The translations under genes and the position numbers were made by a program. Below the pieces are notes generated by a model. It was not told the origin of the DNA, did not search any database, and saw only the letters and a program-made list of their open reading frames with translations. From contig JBAZRK010000002.1 of the NCBI GenBank assembly GCA_041663005.1, positions 64,740-128,739 on the forward strand: 64,000 nucleotides of DNA. Reading direction: 5' to 3'. Positions 46,807 through 56,242 of the stretch are shown here, one piece after another. The DNA is from Minisyncoccota bacterium (GTDB taxonomy: Bacteria; Patescibacteriota; Minisyncoccia; Phycocordibacterales; UBA9973). Within the stretch, counting starts at the first letter, position 1; every line of letters starts with the position of its first letter.

Positions 46807-47904
46807 TTAGAAAGGATTTTTCGCACCCTGAACTTCGAAGTGGAGGTGTGGTCCGGTAGAGCGTCCGGTAGAACCCACGGCGCCTATTTGTCCTCCTTGC
46901 TTCACGTGTGCGCCGGTCGTAGTGTCTATCCTCGACATATGTCCGTAGAGAGTTTTTGTGCCGTTGGGATGCTGGATGATAACCATATTTCCATAGCCTC
47001 CGTTATATCCAGTACGAGCAAGCAAAACTGTTCCTTCTGCCGCCGCAAGAATGCGAGTGCCTGTTGGTGCTGCCATATCCACACCACGATTGCCCGGGCC
47101 GTGTAGACCTTGACTGCGACGTTTCATTTCTGGAACTGGATGAATAAAGTAGCCGGTAGCATCCTTTAGCGGAGCATTGGTTAAGTAGCTACCACCGCCG
47201 GAAGATTTCTTTTTAGGGGCTGCGCTTGGCGAACTATCATTCGGCATTTCCGCGTCAGGGATAACAAGTTCATCGCCGATAGCTAGCACTGCACCCTTCT
47301 CTAGGCCGTTGAAGCTTGTGATAGTTTCCATATCAACCTTGTATTTCTTGGCAATATTGGCAAGTGTCTCACCTTTGGCAACGGTGTGCTGAACACCGGA
47401 AACAGGCAGAATAAAAAGGGTGTCGCCCTCTTTTAGCTTTTCACCCTTTTTTAAATCGTTGGCCCATAGAATTGTATTGGAAGAAACATCGAACATTTCG
47501 GCTATCTGGGCAATGGTGTCACCCTTGTGAACCACATACACACTTATGTCGTCTGGGTTCAGCCCTGAACTATCGACATCCACCCCACCGATTGAACTAA
47601 TAGACGATGGACTGACGGACGGAAGCAGGGCGCTGTCGGCAACAATACTGCCGCTTAGGCTACCGCTCACTTCTTGGACCGCCTTGTCTTTGGAATTGCG
47701 AGGGGAATTTGAAGACACCTCTGCTCCGAGGAGAGAGATGGTTTGAGAATTATCTACTGATTGGCCAGACCTAGTATTGGCGTAAGCATCGCTTCCTAAA
47801 AGGGAAGAGAGTAGGCTCGCTCCAGCGACAACGGGCATAAAAAGCGCCCCGGGTAGGAACGAAAAGGCCAAAATCAGTCTGAATATTTTAAAGCTAGTTT
47901 TTAT
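46807..47904 (-). CDS. 2x LysM + M23 peptidase; start uncertain (ATA 47904 or TTG 47871)
   Basis: YVVHKGDTI, HTVAKGETL, GVDMAA, YGHM, STGPHLHFE. Confidence 0.9.
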   Translation of the reverse strand: MKTSFKIFRLILAFSFLPGALFMPVVAGASLLSSLLGSDAYANTRSGQSVDNSQTISLLGAEVSSNSPRNSKDKAVQEVSGSLSGSIVADSALLPSVSPSSISSIGGVDVDSSGLNPDDISVYVVHKGDTIAQIAEMFDVSSNTILWANDLKKGEKLKEGDTLFILPVSGVQHTVAKGETLANIAKKYKVDMETITSFNGLEKGAVLAIGDELVIPDAEMPNDSSPSAAPKKKSSGGGSYLTNAPLKDATGYFIHPVPEMKRRSQGLHGPGNRGVDMAAPTGTRILAAAEGTVLLARTGYNGGYGNMVIIQHPNGTKTLYGHMSRIDTTTGAHVKQGGQIGAVGSTGRSTGPHLHFEVQGAKNPF

Positions 47905-47916
47905 AAAACAAACTTA

Positions 47917-48092
47917 TTGCCGCGAGAGTGCCTTTTCCAGCCCAAATTATATAAAGAAAACAGGGTTGGAATATACAGGACGACCCAAATAGTACTGTAA
48001 AACAAAGGTTCTCACGATGGTTACCCACATTTCTGTCATTCGGCCGTCGACGTCGTACTTCTAGTTCCGGGGACCCCTTAATATAGAGGTAT
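47917..48092 (-). ncRNA. Candidate structured cis-regulatory leader of LysM/M23 gene
   Basis: Promoter TTGACG-17-TACCCT near 48099-48127; pairings gccg/cggc, gtgaga/tctcgc, aca-gaaa-tgt, ttcca.ccc/ggg.tggaa. Confidence 0.45.
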
Positions 48093-48289
48093 GTATTTAG
48101 GGTAACTTAAAAGGACACCCCCGTCAATCAATCTGTGGAAAGCAAATTTAATGTCCTTTTAATATTGGGATATCGGACGCTGAGAACTATAACTTGACTA
48201 TACTTATATTTTTGTGGTATAATAATAATTACTATAGGGAGATTTAATTTCTTTAGCTCGGGGTTAGTGTTAAAATACAAACTAAGAAA

Positions 48290-50704
48290 ATGGACAACAG
48301 AGTTCCCAGAAATGTTGTGGATATGGTAGAAATCAACTGCAAAAACTGTGGTTATTCGGCCCATATCGTTGCAGCCCCTAAATGTCCGAATTGCGGCTGG
48401 CCGTTTAGTAAGCCTATCCCCAAAAAAACTCCGCCCGCAGAGAAAAAACCTAAGCCTCAAAAGCTGTTGGGTACTTCCTTGAAGGAAAAGCCTCAGGAAT
48501 CTCGCGCTTCCTTGGAAGAGCGATTAACATACCTAAAAAGACTGGGAAGAAAAAATAAAAGAAATAAGAAAAAAGAGGAAGACCCGAAGAAACAAGAGGA
48601 GATAAAAAGAATCGAAGCAGCCATTGCAAAACTGGATGTGGAAACAGGAGCAGGCGCTCGTGCTGAGGCTGTTGCTCCAACACAAGAAACACAAACCGAA
48701 AACCCGGAACTACCTTCGACACCTGCTCCCGAAACCGCCACGCAAATAGATGAAGCTAGAAAAGAAAGAGAAGAAGCTTTGGCACAACTTAGAAAAACTA
48801 TTGACGATGCGAATCAGATAATTATAGGAAATAAGAATAGGGAACAAGAAATATTGGCGCGCCTTAGAGAAATAGAAACGGGAAGGGCGAGAGCTCCATT
48901 AGTTACAGCAGAAACAGAAAATTTTTCCACTGATTTTATTCAAGATAGAATTCTAAAGTTATTCGCGTCTTTTGAGAAAGTTGAGAAAGTTAAAAAAGTT
49001 GAAGTGAGAGGTGAAGGGAATAGGGTCTCTTTGGATATAATTGTTACTGCGAAAGGAGAAGATATTGGAATAAAGGCAGATGTTGAAAATGCTCGTGGCA
49101 CACTCATAGCTGAAAATTTAAAAATTGAAGCAGGGATACTCACGAGAAATTATTTAAAACTAAAGATTAAACCGAAGCTTGAAAAAATAGAAAGTTTGCT
49201 TAGGGAAGAGGTAGAAAAGCAGACGGGTAAAAAGGTTGCGGGGATAAAGATAGAAAACGGTCAGCTCAACGTAAATTTTGAGGCGCAACCCTTGACGGTG
49301 GAAGGATTGGAAACAAAAGGTGAAAGTGGTGAAGAAAAACAATTGCGGGAAGAGTTAGCGGTAATCGAAAAAGATACGGCTCAGGCAAAAAAGGACTATC
49401 AACGAGCACTTGATGCCCTTGCTGCGACCACCGAGGCTGCGACCCCAGAGACACAACAAGATACAGAAAAGGAAGAAATCGAAAAACAAGAAGAGATTTT
49501 AGAAAAAGCTGTGGAGGAAGTGAAGGATTTGCAAGAACTTTTAAGTGCGCTAAGGTCTGTGGATTTTGTATACAACCGATCAGGCGAAAAATCCAGCACC
49601 GAAGATATGGCTCGCGGAATAGAAAAATGCTTGGAGGTTATAACTGACCCCTCTGCAAAATCCCCGCTTCCGGCAGAAGGAATAGATTATTATCTCTCTC
49701 ATTCAAATGTGACCCGAAGATTTGAGATACGCGATAAAGCAAAAACGTTTCTGCTAGAAATACAGGAGTCCGTATTCGCAGAAAAAGAGAATAAGGCAAA
49801 AGCTGAAGAGCGGGAAAAATCTCTGGCGCAACTCAATGAAACTATCGCTACAATAAATGAAAGGGTAATGCGGAGAAATGAAGACCGGCAGGCAGACGAT
49901 GAGCTGATTGTGCGACTAGAAAAAGAACTCGCAGAGCTCGAGGGTGGAAGTACGGGGCTCCTGCCTTCGGCGGAAGTTGAAAAAAGGGCAAATGAAATTG
50001 ATGGTGAAGTAGAAACCTTGTGGGAGACATTGAACAAAAAAATTGCAGAGTATAACGCTCTGGGAGCTTTTCAGATTTTTGCAAAATTAAGACTGCGTGA
50101 CGAAATAGATAGAATTCGGGAGCAGCAAAGAGAAAAAAGGTGGGCACAGCATCAAGCGTGGAATGAATTTCATGAACGGAGAGGGGTAGAACAAATGGAA
50201 CAGGAAGAAGCCGAAAAAGAAAGGCAAAAAAAAGAAGAGGAAAATGGGCAAGAACGTATACAGAAAATTGAGGAGGATAAAGAAATAAATCCGTTTAAAT
50301 ATTTCGCGCTAGACAAAATGTCCCCTGAGGTGTTCGATATAATTTTTGGAGAGCAAAAAGAAGCCGCAAGCCTAGAAATTTTGAATAAATTTGGTGAGAC
50401 GGGAAAAGAATTACAGTTTTGGCAGTTTAATTCTTTCTCTCCTATGCAGGGATATTTTGTAAAATTCAGCTCAAATGGTTTCTTGACCCAGTTGCAAAAC
50501 CCAAACGAAGTCACGGGAGAAGAAGAAGGAAAAAGTGTTTTATACACAGAAAGTCCAAAGGCAAAATATAAAGTCATCACCCCGGGGTGGAAATTTATAA
50601 AAGATAATCTTAGTTATAAAGAGGCACAAGAATTAATGATGCGATCTGCTCAAGAATACCAAGAAAAACTGCTCGCCGAATTTGAGGCTGAAAACAAACA
50701 ATAA
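48290..50704 (+). CDS. Large acidic coiled-coil protein with N-terminal Zn ribbon
   Basis: CKNC..CPNC, extensive E/K-rich heptads. Confidence 0.8.
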   Translation: MDNRVPRNVVDMVEINCKNCGYSAHIVAAPKCPNCGWPFSKPIPKKTPPAEKKPKPQKLLGTSLKEKPQESRASLEERLTYLKRLGRKNKRNKKKEEDPKKQEEIKRIEAAIAKLDVETGAGARAEAVAPTQETQTENPELPSTPAPETATQIDEARKEREEALAQLRKTIDDANQIIIGNKNREQEILARLREIETGRARAPLVTAETENFSTDFIQDRILKLFASFEKVEKVKKVEVRGEGNRVSLDIIVTAKGEDIGIKADVENARGTLIAENLKIEAGILTRNYLKLKIKPKLEKIESLLREEVEKQTGKKVAGIKIENGQLNVNFEAQPLTVEGLETKGESGEEKQLREELAVIEKDTAQAKKDYQRALDALAATTEAATPETQQDTEKEEIEKQEEILEKAVEEVKDLQELLSALRSVDFVYNRSGEKSSTEDMARGIEKCLEVITDPSAKSPLPAEGIDYYLSHSNVTRRFEIRDKAKTFLLEIQESVFAEKENKAKAEEREKSLAQLNETIATINERVMRRNEDRQADDELIVRLEKELAELEGGSTGLLPSAEVEKRANEIDGEVETLWETLNKKIAEYNALGAFQIFAKLRLRDEIDRIREQQREKRWAQHQAWNEFHERRGVEQMEQEEAEKERQKKEEENGQERIQKIEEDKEINPFKYFALDKMSPEVFDIIFGEQKEAASLEILNKFGETGKELQFWQFNSFSPMQGYFVKFSSNGFLTQLQNPNEVTGEEEGKSVLYTESPKAKYKVITPGWKFIKDNLSYKEAQELMMRSAQEYQEKLLAEFEAENKQ

Positions 50705-50708
50705 ATTT

Positions 50709-53030
50709 ATGGATCAAGAACCACCTAAAGATATAAACAAGGAGGAGCGAAAAAGAGAGCTGCAAAAACAACTTGCGGAAGCCAGAGACCGGCAGAGACA
50801 ACGCGATGACGCAGATCGAGATGACAGCAGAGAGCTTCATAAAGCTGAGCAAGAGCGAGCTGCGTTAATGGGTACCGGGAACCCTTCAGGATATCCTGTG
50901 GATAATAATTTTAGCCCCCGAGAAGAAAATGAGTGGTACAAAGATACGCCTACGCGTCAGGGTATGGACTTAGAGGCCCTAGCCCAGAGAATACAAAGTG
51001 AAATCACTGGCCTGCCAGAAGAAGAAAGGCAGCAACGCGCTATTGAGTTGTTGCTGGCTGAAAAGGAAGCCTGGAACGAGGAACAGGGAGGCGCAAAAGA
51101 AGGTCTGCGCAAATTTGATAAATGGTGGGATGGATTAGAAAAAACAAAAGGCGGCGTGGCTCTAAAAGCGCTAATAGGCGGAGCGCTAATAACCGCAACG
51201 ACCGTGGGGCTCGGCGTAGCGCCTGTATCCCTTTTGGGTGTGGGTTTTAGGCTCACGAGTCGTGTAGCTGCTGCAACGGGGTTAAACATGGCCCTCACTT
51301 CCGAGCGTGTGCGCAAATGGCTCACTCCCAAAGAGGACACTGGCAGTCCCAAAACTCTTAAGGAAAAAGTGTTGACTGTGCAAAATTTAAAATACGCGGC
51401 AATGATCGGCGGTGCTGGTCTTATATTTATGATGGGCGGTGCCCAAGTAGCTGTAGTAGGTGCAACCGGTATGGCCCTTCGATTCGGAGTCAACCAGATA
51501 ATCGAAAAGCGAACTAAAGCACTGGAAGAAAAGAGGAAAAATCTTTCTATTCGTGCGGAAAGTTTGCAAGACAATTTCGACATCAATGCTCTAGCAGCAC
51601 ACCTAGAAGTTTTTGAGGAAGAATATGGAAAATTATCGGCCTCTCTCACTCGCAATAAGTGGGCTAAAAATTTAGTAAATGGAGCAATAACCGTCGGGGT
51701 CGGCCTGGGCACTATGGCCGTAGCACATCATGGCGCAGATACTACACATGCACCTAAAGAGGTTCCGGATAAGCCGGCGGCAACTGTCACGCACCCACAC
51801 CAGCCGGAAGTCACCACCAGGCCTACGGCCGAACCCGTAGTGCAACCAAAGGAAGAGGTAGATACGTCCAAAGTCACGGATTGGAAAAAAGTTTATCCTC
51901 CAGGGCAACCAACCCATCCGATTACACCAGAAGTTACATTAAACCCGGATGCGATTATCAAGCCAGGTGATGGCATAGAAAGCGCATTTATAAGACAAAT
52001 TGAACACAATGACGCTCTGGCCACGAAACTCGGCTGGGACGGTGAAAGTGATTTGCATAAATTCGCGCAAGGCGAGGCACATCGCATGGCACGCGACTAC
52101 GGATACATAGACAAAACTACGGGAGAAGAAGTCCGGGTTGAGTCTGCGGGAAAGATAGCATATGAAATAAGAACGGAGGGGGATAAAATTGAAGTGATAG
52201 AGAAAAGTATCAAAGGAGATATTCTAGATACCCACGAGAAAGGCAACGCGTTTGAAAAAGAAACTGATAAATATGAAAAGTTGTGGACTAAACCAGAAGA
52301 AACCGCTAATAACATCCTCAAACCTACAAACACCTACGGAGACATGGCGAAGGATGCTCCTGGAGCCTTGCCAGAATCCGCTGACACCACCCCAGCAGAA
52401 GAAGTAACGTATCAAAAGAGCGAAATTTATAAGGATGACGCGTGGCGAAATAGACAAGCAAGCGAAGAAGAGCTTGAACGCACGCGAAGAGAACTCCTTG
52501 AAAAAATGGGAACGAAAACAGAACAGCCGCACACAGAAACATCTATGAATGGACACACGGAACCATCCCCTGGACCTGAAGCACAAGTGGGCGGGCATCT
52601 ACAACCTAAGGGAGATTATTCTGGAGACCTTGCTCCACGCCAGGTGGAAGCGTTACGTCTTCATTCCGAATTCATACAGAACAATAACACTTATCTTTTA
52701 TCTGATTCCGAATTGTGGGAAACCTATGAAGCTAGTAGGTCAGATTTACGTTTTCTGTTCAGTAGTGAAAATTCCATTGCTTGGCACGAACTCGATGACA
52801 TGAATGCAAGTGCATTATTAACCCAGGTAGACTCTGGCACGGATTCAGCGCAGGATCACTTAGTGAGATATTTACATGTACTCCAGAATTTCACTGAGCC
52901 TAAGCTTGAACCAAGGCGCGGAATCTTAGGCATCGGGGCTGAACACGTTAAAGATTTCATGGCCCGGGCAATGATCCAACTAAAACATAATGGAAACCTG
53001 GAAGTTTTCCAAGAATCCATTAGGAAATAA
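50709..53030 (+). CDS. Large membrane-associated hypothetical protein (start ATG 50709)
   Basis: Gly/Ala-rich hydrophobic hairpins, coiled coil, LysM-like IKPGDGI segment. Confidence 0.8.
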   Translation: MDQEPPKDINKEERKRELQKQLAEARDRQRQRDDADRDDSRELHKAEQERAALMGTGNPSGYPVDNNFSPREENEWYKDTPTRQGMDLEALAQRIQSEITGLPEEERQQRAIELLLAEKEAWNEEQGGAKEGLRKFDKWWDGLEKTKGGVALKALIGGALITATTVGLGVAPVSLLGVGFRLTSRVAAATGLNMALTSERVRKWLTPKEDTGSPKTLKEKVLTVQNLKYAAMIGGAGLIFMMGGAQVAVVGATGMALRFGVNQIIEKRTKALEEKRKNLSIRAESLQDNFDINALAAHLEVFEEEYGKLSASLTRNKWAKNLVNGAITVGVGLGTMAVAHHGADTTHAPKEVPDKPAATVTHPHQPEVTTRPTAEPVVQPKEEVDTSKVTDWKKVYPPGQPTHPITPEVTLNPDAIIKPGDGIESAFIRQIEHNDALATKLGWDGESDLHKFAQGEAHRMARDYGYIDKTTGEEVRVESAGKIAYEIRTEGDKIEVIEKSIKGDILDTHEKGNAFEKETDKYEKLWTKPEETANNILKPTNTYGDMAKDAPGALPESADTTPAEEVTYQKSEIYKDDAWRNRQASEEELERTRRELLEKMGTKTEQPHTETSMNGHTEPSPGPEAQVGGHLQPKGDYSGDLAPRQVEALRLHSEFIQNNNTYLLSDSELWETYEASRSDLRFLFSSENSIAWHELDDMNASALLTQVDSGTDSAQDHLVRYLHVLQNFTEPKLEPRRGILGIGAEHVKDFMARAMIQLKHNGNLEVFQESIRK

Positions 53031-53054
53031 CTTTATCATTAATAATCAGCAAAA

Positions 53055-53381
53055 ATGAGTACAAATAAACAAAAAGCGCAGGAGGAGGTTCGCAAGAATA
53101 TAATAAACCTTTTCGAAATAGACAAGCTCCCAGAAGAAAAACGGGAAGAAACGATAGCGAGAATAGGGAAAATAATTTTCCAGACAGTGCTCGTGAGGGT
53201 TCTGCCCTTGCTTGAAGAAAAGGACTTGGCTGAATACAACAAACTTATGACTGATGGTGCCGCCCCTGATGCTGTGCTGGATTTCTTTTTTGAAAAGGTT
53301 CCACTTTTCTTGGAAATCGTGGCAGAAGAAACCGAAAATTTCCGTCGAGAATCCGCAGAAATTTTACGCCGCATAAATTAA
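53055..53381 (+). CDS. Small helical CPR-type hypothetical protein
   Basis: 108-aa acidic helical ORF in operon context. Confidence 0.75.
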   Translation: MSTNKQKAQEEVRKNIINLFEIDKLPEEKREETIARIGKIIFQTVLVRVLPLLEEKDLAEYNKLMTDGAAPDAVLDFFFEKVPLFLEIVAEETENFRRESAEILRRIN

Positions 53382-53406
53382 TATCAGTTTGTGTTATATT
53401 GAGTTA

Positions 53407-55341
53407 GTGAACACAGACGACCACTTGAAGGGACTAAATTCTCCACAGAGAGAAGCGGCGCTACACATTAAAGGGCCGCTTTTAATCGTGGCGGGTGCGG
53501 GCGCGGGGAAGACGAAAACTATAACGCACAGAATACTAAATTTGGTGAAAGAAGGAATTGCGCCGGAGAAAATCTTGGCAGTGACCTTCACCAACAAGGC
53601 GGCGAAAGAAATGCGCGAACGAGTACAGAAACTCCTGCCACAAGGCACACCCTTTATTTCCACGTTTCACTCTCTTGGAGTACACATCATTAAAGAAAAC
53701 GCCCGGCTTCTCGGCCACACGAAGTACTTCACCATTCTCGATGAAGGCGACGCCACAAGCATCATCAAAGATGCGATGAAGGAGCTCGGCCTTGATCCGA
53801 AACAGTACGACCCGAAGAAGATAAAAGGGGTTATCTCGCGCGAAAAGGGAAAATTCGTCCACCCAGAAGAATTCGTCGTTGAAGGCTCGTTCGGACAAAT
53901 TGTCGCTCACGTCTGGCGCTTGTATGAACAGCGAAAAATGAAAGAAAATTCTCTCGACTTTGATGACTTGCTACTGAAGGCGGTGAAACTCCTCAAGGAA
54001 AACGAGCAAGTTAGGAAAAGTTACCAAGAGCGATGGGAATACATACATATCGACGAATACCAAGACACTAACGAAGTGCAATACTTGATGTCGAAGCTTC
54101 TGTGTGGAGATAAGAAAAATATTTGCGCTGTGGGGGATGCCGACCAGAACATCTATTCTTGGCGTGGAGCAAATTTGAAGAACATCTTGAGCTTTGAGAA
54201 GGACTATCCGGATGCGACCATCATTATGCTAGAAGAAAATTATCGCTCGACCCAGAACATCCTCGAGGCCGCCAATGAGATAATAAAGAAAAATAAAATG
54301 CGTCCGGATAGAAATCTCTTTACGAAGAACGAAGCAGGAGGGAAAATAGGCCTCTATGAAGCAATCGACGAAATGGATGAGGCTGATTTCGTGTCCACAA
54401 AAATCCTAGAGATAATGGATAGTTCGGCAGCTGGAGAAATCGCTGTTCTGTACAGAGCCAACTTTCAATCACGAGCCCTTGAAGAAGCGATGCTCCGCTA
54501 CAACATTCCTTATCAGGTCCTCGGGGTGAAATTTTTCGAGAGAAAAGAAATTAAAGACACGCTGGCGTATCTCCGCGCAGCCTTAAACCCTGACAGCTTG
54601 TCAGATATCAAAAGAATAATAAACTTCCCCGCTCGAGGAATAGGGAAGGCGACGCTGGCAAAAATTTTTGCGGGGCAAAAAGATACTTTGCCAATCAAAA
54701 CCTTAATAAAAGTTAATAATTTCTATGAACTCTTGGAGGAAATAAGTGAGAAAATAAAATCAGCAAAGGCAAGCGAAATAATAAAGTATGTGGTGAAAAA
54801 GTCTGGCATCGAGAACGAACTCTTATCAGGCGGAGACGAAGACATTGAGCGCTTAGAGAACATAAAAGAGCTTGCAACCCTTGCGCTAAAGTACGACCCT
54901 CCTTCGCACGAGGCTACGGAAGGGCAAGCAGGACGAGGCATAGAAAAGCTTCTTGAAGATGCTTCACTCGCGAGCGACCAAGACAGTTTGATGATAACTT
55001 CCGAGAAGAAGGTTGAAACAAATGCTGTGAAACTTATGACTGTGCACGCTTCAAAGGGCTTGGAATTCAAATATGTTTTCATCACTGGGCTTGAAGACGG
55101 ACTTTTCCCGCACGAGAGGCGCGACGCAAGGCAGGGAAGCGAAGACTCCGAGGAAGAGAGGAGGCTCTTCTACGTGGCGCTTACTCGCGCGAAAGAAAAA
55201 CTGTTTCTCTCTTTTGCTAATTTCCGAACAATTTTCGGTTCGCGCTCCATAAATACACCGTCAGAATTCCTCGCTGACATCCCTGTCGACCTATTAGAGA
55301 GAGAGGGCGAAAATGGTAAGATAAAAACAATTTATATATGA
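53407..55341 (+). CDS. pcrA: UvrD/PcrA SF1 helicase (probable GTG 53407)
   Basis: AGAGAGKT, TFTNKAA, DEYQD, GDADQ.IY.WRGA, TVHASKGLEF, YVALTRA. Confidence 0.95.
   Translation: MNTDDHLKGLNSPQREAALHIKGPLLIVAGAGAGKTKTITHRILNLVKEGIAPEKILAVTFTNKAAKEMRERVQKLLPQGTPFISTFHSLGVHIIKENARLLGHTKYFTILDEGDATSIIKDAMKELGLDPKQYDPKKIKGVISREKGKFVHPEEFVVEGSFGQIVAHVWRLYEQRKMKENSLDFDDLLLKAVKLLKENEQVRKSYQERWEYIHIDEYQDTNEVQYLMSKLLCGDKKNICAVGDADQNIYSWRGANLKNILSFEKDYPDATIIMLEENYRSTQNILEAANEIIKKNKMRPDRNLFTKNEAGGKIGLYEAIDEMDEADFVSTKILEIMDSSAAGEIAVLYRANFQSRALEEAMLRYNIPYQVLGVKFFERKEIKDTLAYLRAALNPDSLSDIKRIINFPARGIGKATLAKIFAGQKDTLPIKTLIKVNNFYELLEEISEKIKSAKASEIIKYVVKKSGIENELLSGGDEDIERLENIKELATLALKYDPPSHEATEGQAGRGIEKLLEDASLASDQDSLMITSEKKVETNAVKLMTVHASKGLEFKYVFITGLEDGLFPHERRDARQGSEDSEEERRLFYVALTRAKEKLFLSFANFRTIFGSRSINTPSEFLADIPVDLLEREGENGKIKTIYI
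54897..54928. repeat. Family B element in frame inside pcrA
   Basis: Reverse complement cttgcccttccgtagcctcgtgcgaaggaggg, read as PPSHEATEGQA. Confidence 0.75.
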
Positions 55342-56165
55342 CCCATTCAAAAAAACATCTGGGGCAAAATTTTCTAAAGTCGGAAGCGGCGCTACGAAAA
55401 ATAGTCGAAGTTGGGGAAGTAGGTAGTAGCGACGTGGTTTTAGAAATAGGCCCGGGCAGGGGAGCGCTGACTGCGAGACTACTTGAGAAAGCGGGTGTGG
55501 TTGTTGCGGTTGAAAAAGATGACGAGCTTATAGAATTTTTGAATGAGAAATTTGAGACAGAAATAAAAAATAAAAAATTAATTTTAATTAATGCAGATGT
55601 TTTAGAATTTAATATAAATGGAGCAATTTTAACTTTTGGGGATGGTCTGGGGATTGTTTCCGAGGACCTGAGCAAAAGTTTAAAATTGCGAAGTTACAAA
55701 ATTATCGCCAATATCCCTTACAACATTACCGGGGCTATTTTGAAAAAATTTTTAACCGAAGAAAAGCAACCTGAGCGGATGATATTGATGCTTCAGCAGG
55801 AAGTGGCGCAGAGAATAGTCGCTCGCGATAACAAAGAAAGCATTTTGTCTATCTCAGTGAAGGCTTATGGTACACCGAAAATGGAAATGAAGGTGCCAGC
55901 ACGATACTTTTCCCCAGCCCCGAAGGTGGATTCGGCGGTTATTTCTATAAAAAACATTTCTCGTGGCGTATTTAGGAAAAGCGGTATACAAGAAGAACTT
56001 TTTTGGCAAATTGTTAAAAAAGGCTTCGCTCATAAGCGTAAAAAGCTATCTTCCAACATAAAAAGCATGTTAAAAAATGCAGATAATTCTGTTCTGGCAA
56101 ATTTAGGCAACAAGAGGGCAGAAGATTTAACCCTCGCCGAGTGGATTCTACTCGCAAAAGCTTGA
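55338..56165 (+). CDS. rsmA: 16S rRNA dimethyladenosine transferase
   Basis: LGQNFL, EIGPGRG, NIPYNIT, P.PKVDS. Confidence 0.95.
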   Translation: MTHSKKHLGQNFLKSEAALRKIVEVGEVGSSDVVLEIGPGRGALTARLLEKAGVVVAVEKDDELIEFLNEKFETEIKNKKLILINADVLEFNINGAILTFGDGLGIVSEDLSKSLKLRSYKIIANIPYNITGAILKKFLTEEKQPERMILMLQQEVAQRIVARDNKESILSISVKAYGTPKMEMKVPARYFSPAPKVDSAVISIKNISRGVFRKSGIQEELFWQIVKKGFAHKRKKLSSNIKSMLKNADNSVLANLGNKRAEDLTLAEWILLAKA

Positions 56166-56242
56166 AAACTCCTCCAGGGGGACGGACAAGTAGTGCCTAG
56201 TTTTCAAATTAGTGATACAATTAAAACATAACTAAATTATTT

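Noticed and set aside
47917-48050. Firm c-di-AMP riboswitch call
   Set aside because: Conserved GGGGUGAAUCC and GUCAGCUAAC blocks are absent; kept only as an unknown structured leader.
50897-50905. Isolated perfect DnaA box inside a CDS
   Set aside because: A single 9-mer is expected by chance in 64 kb.
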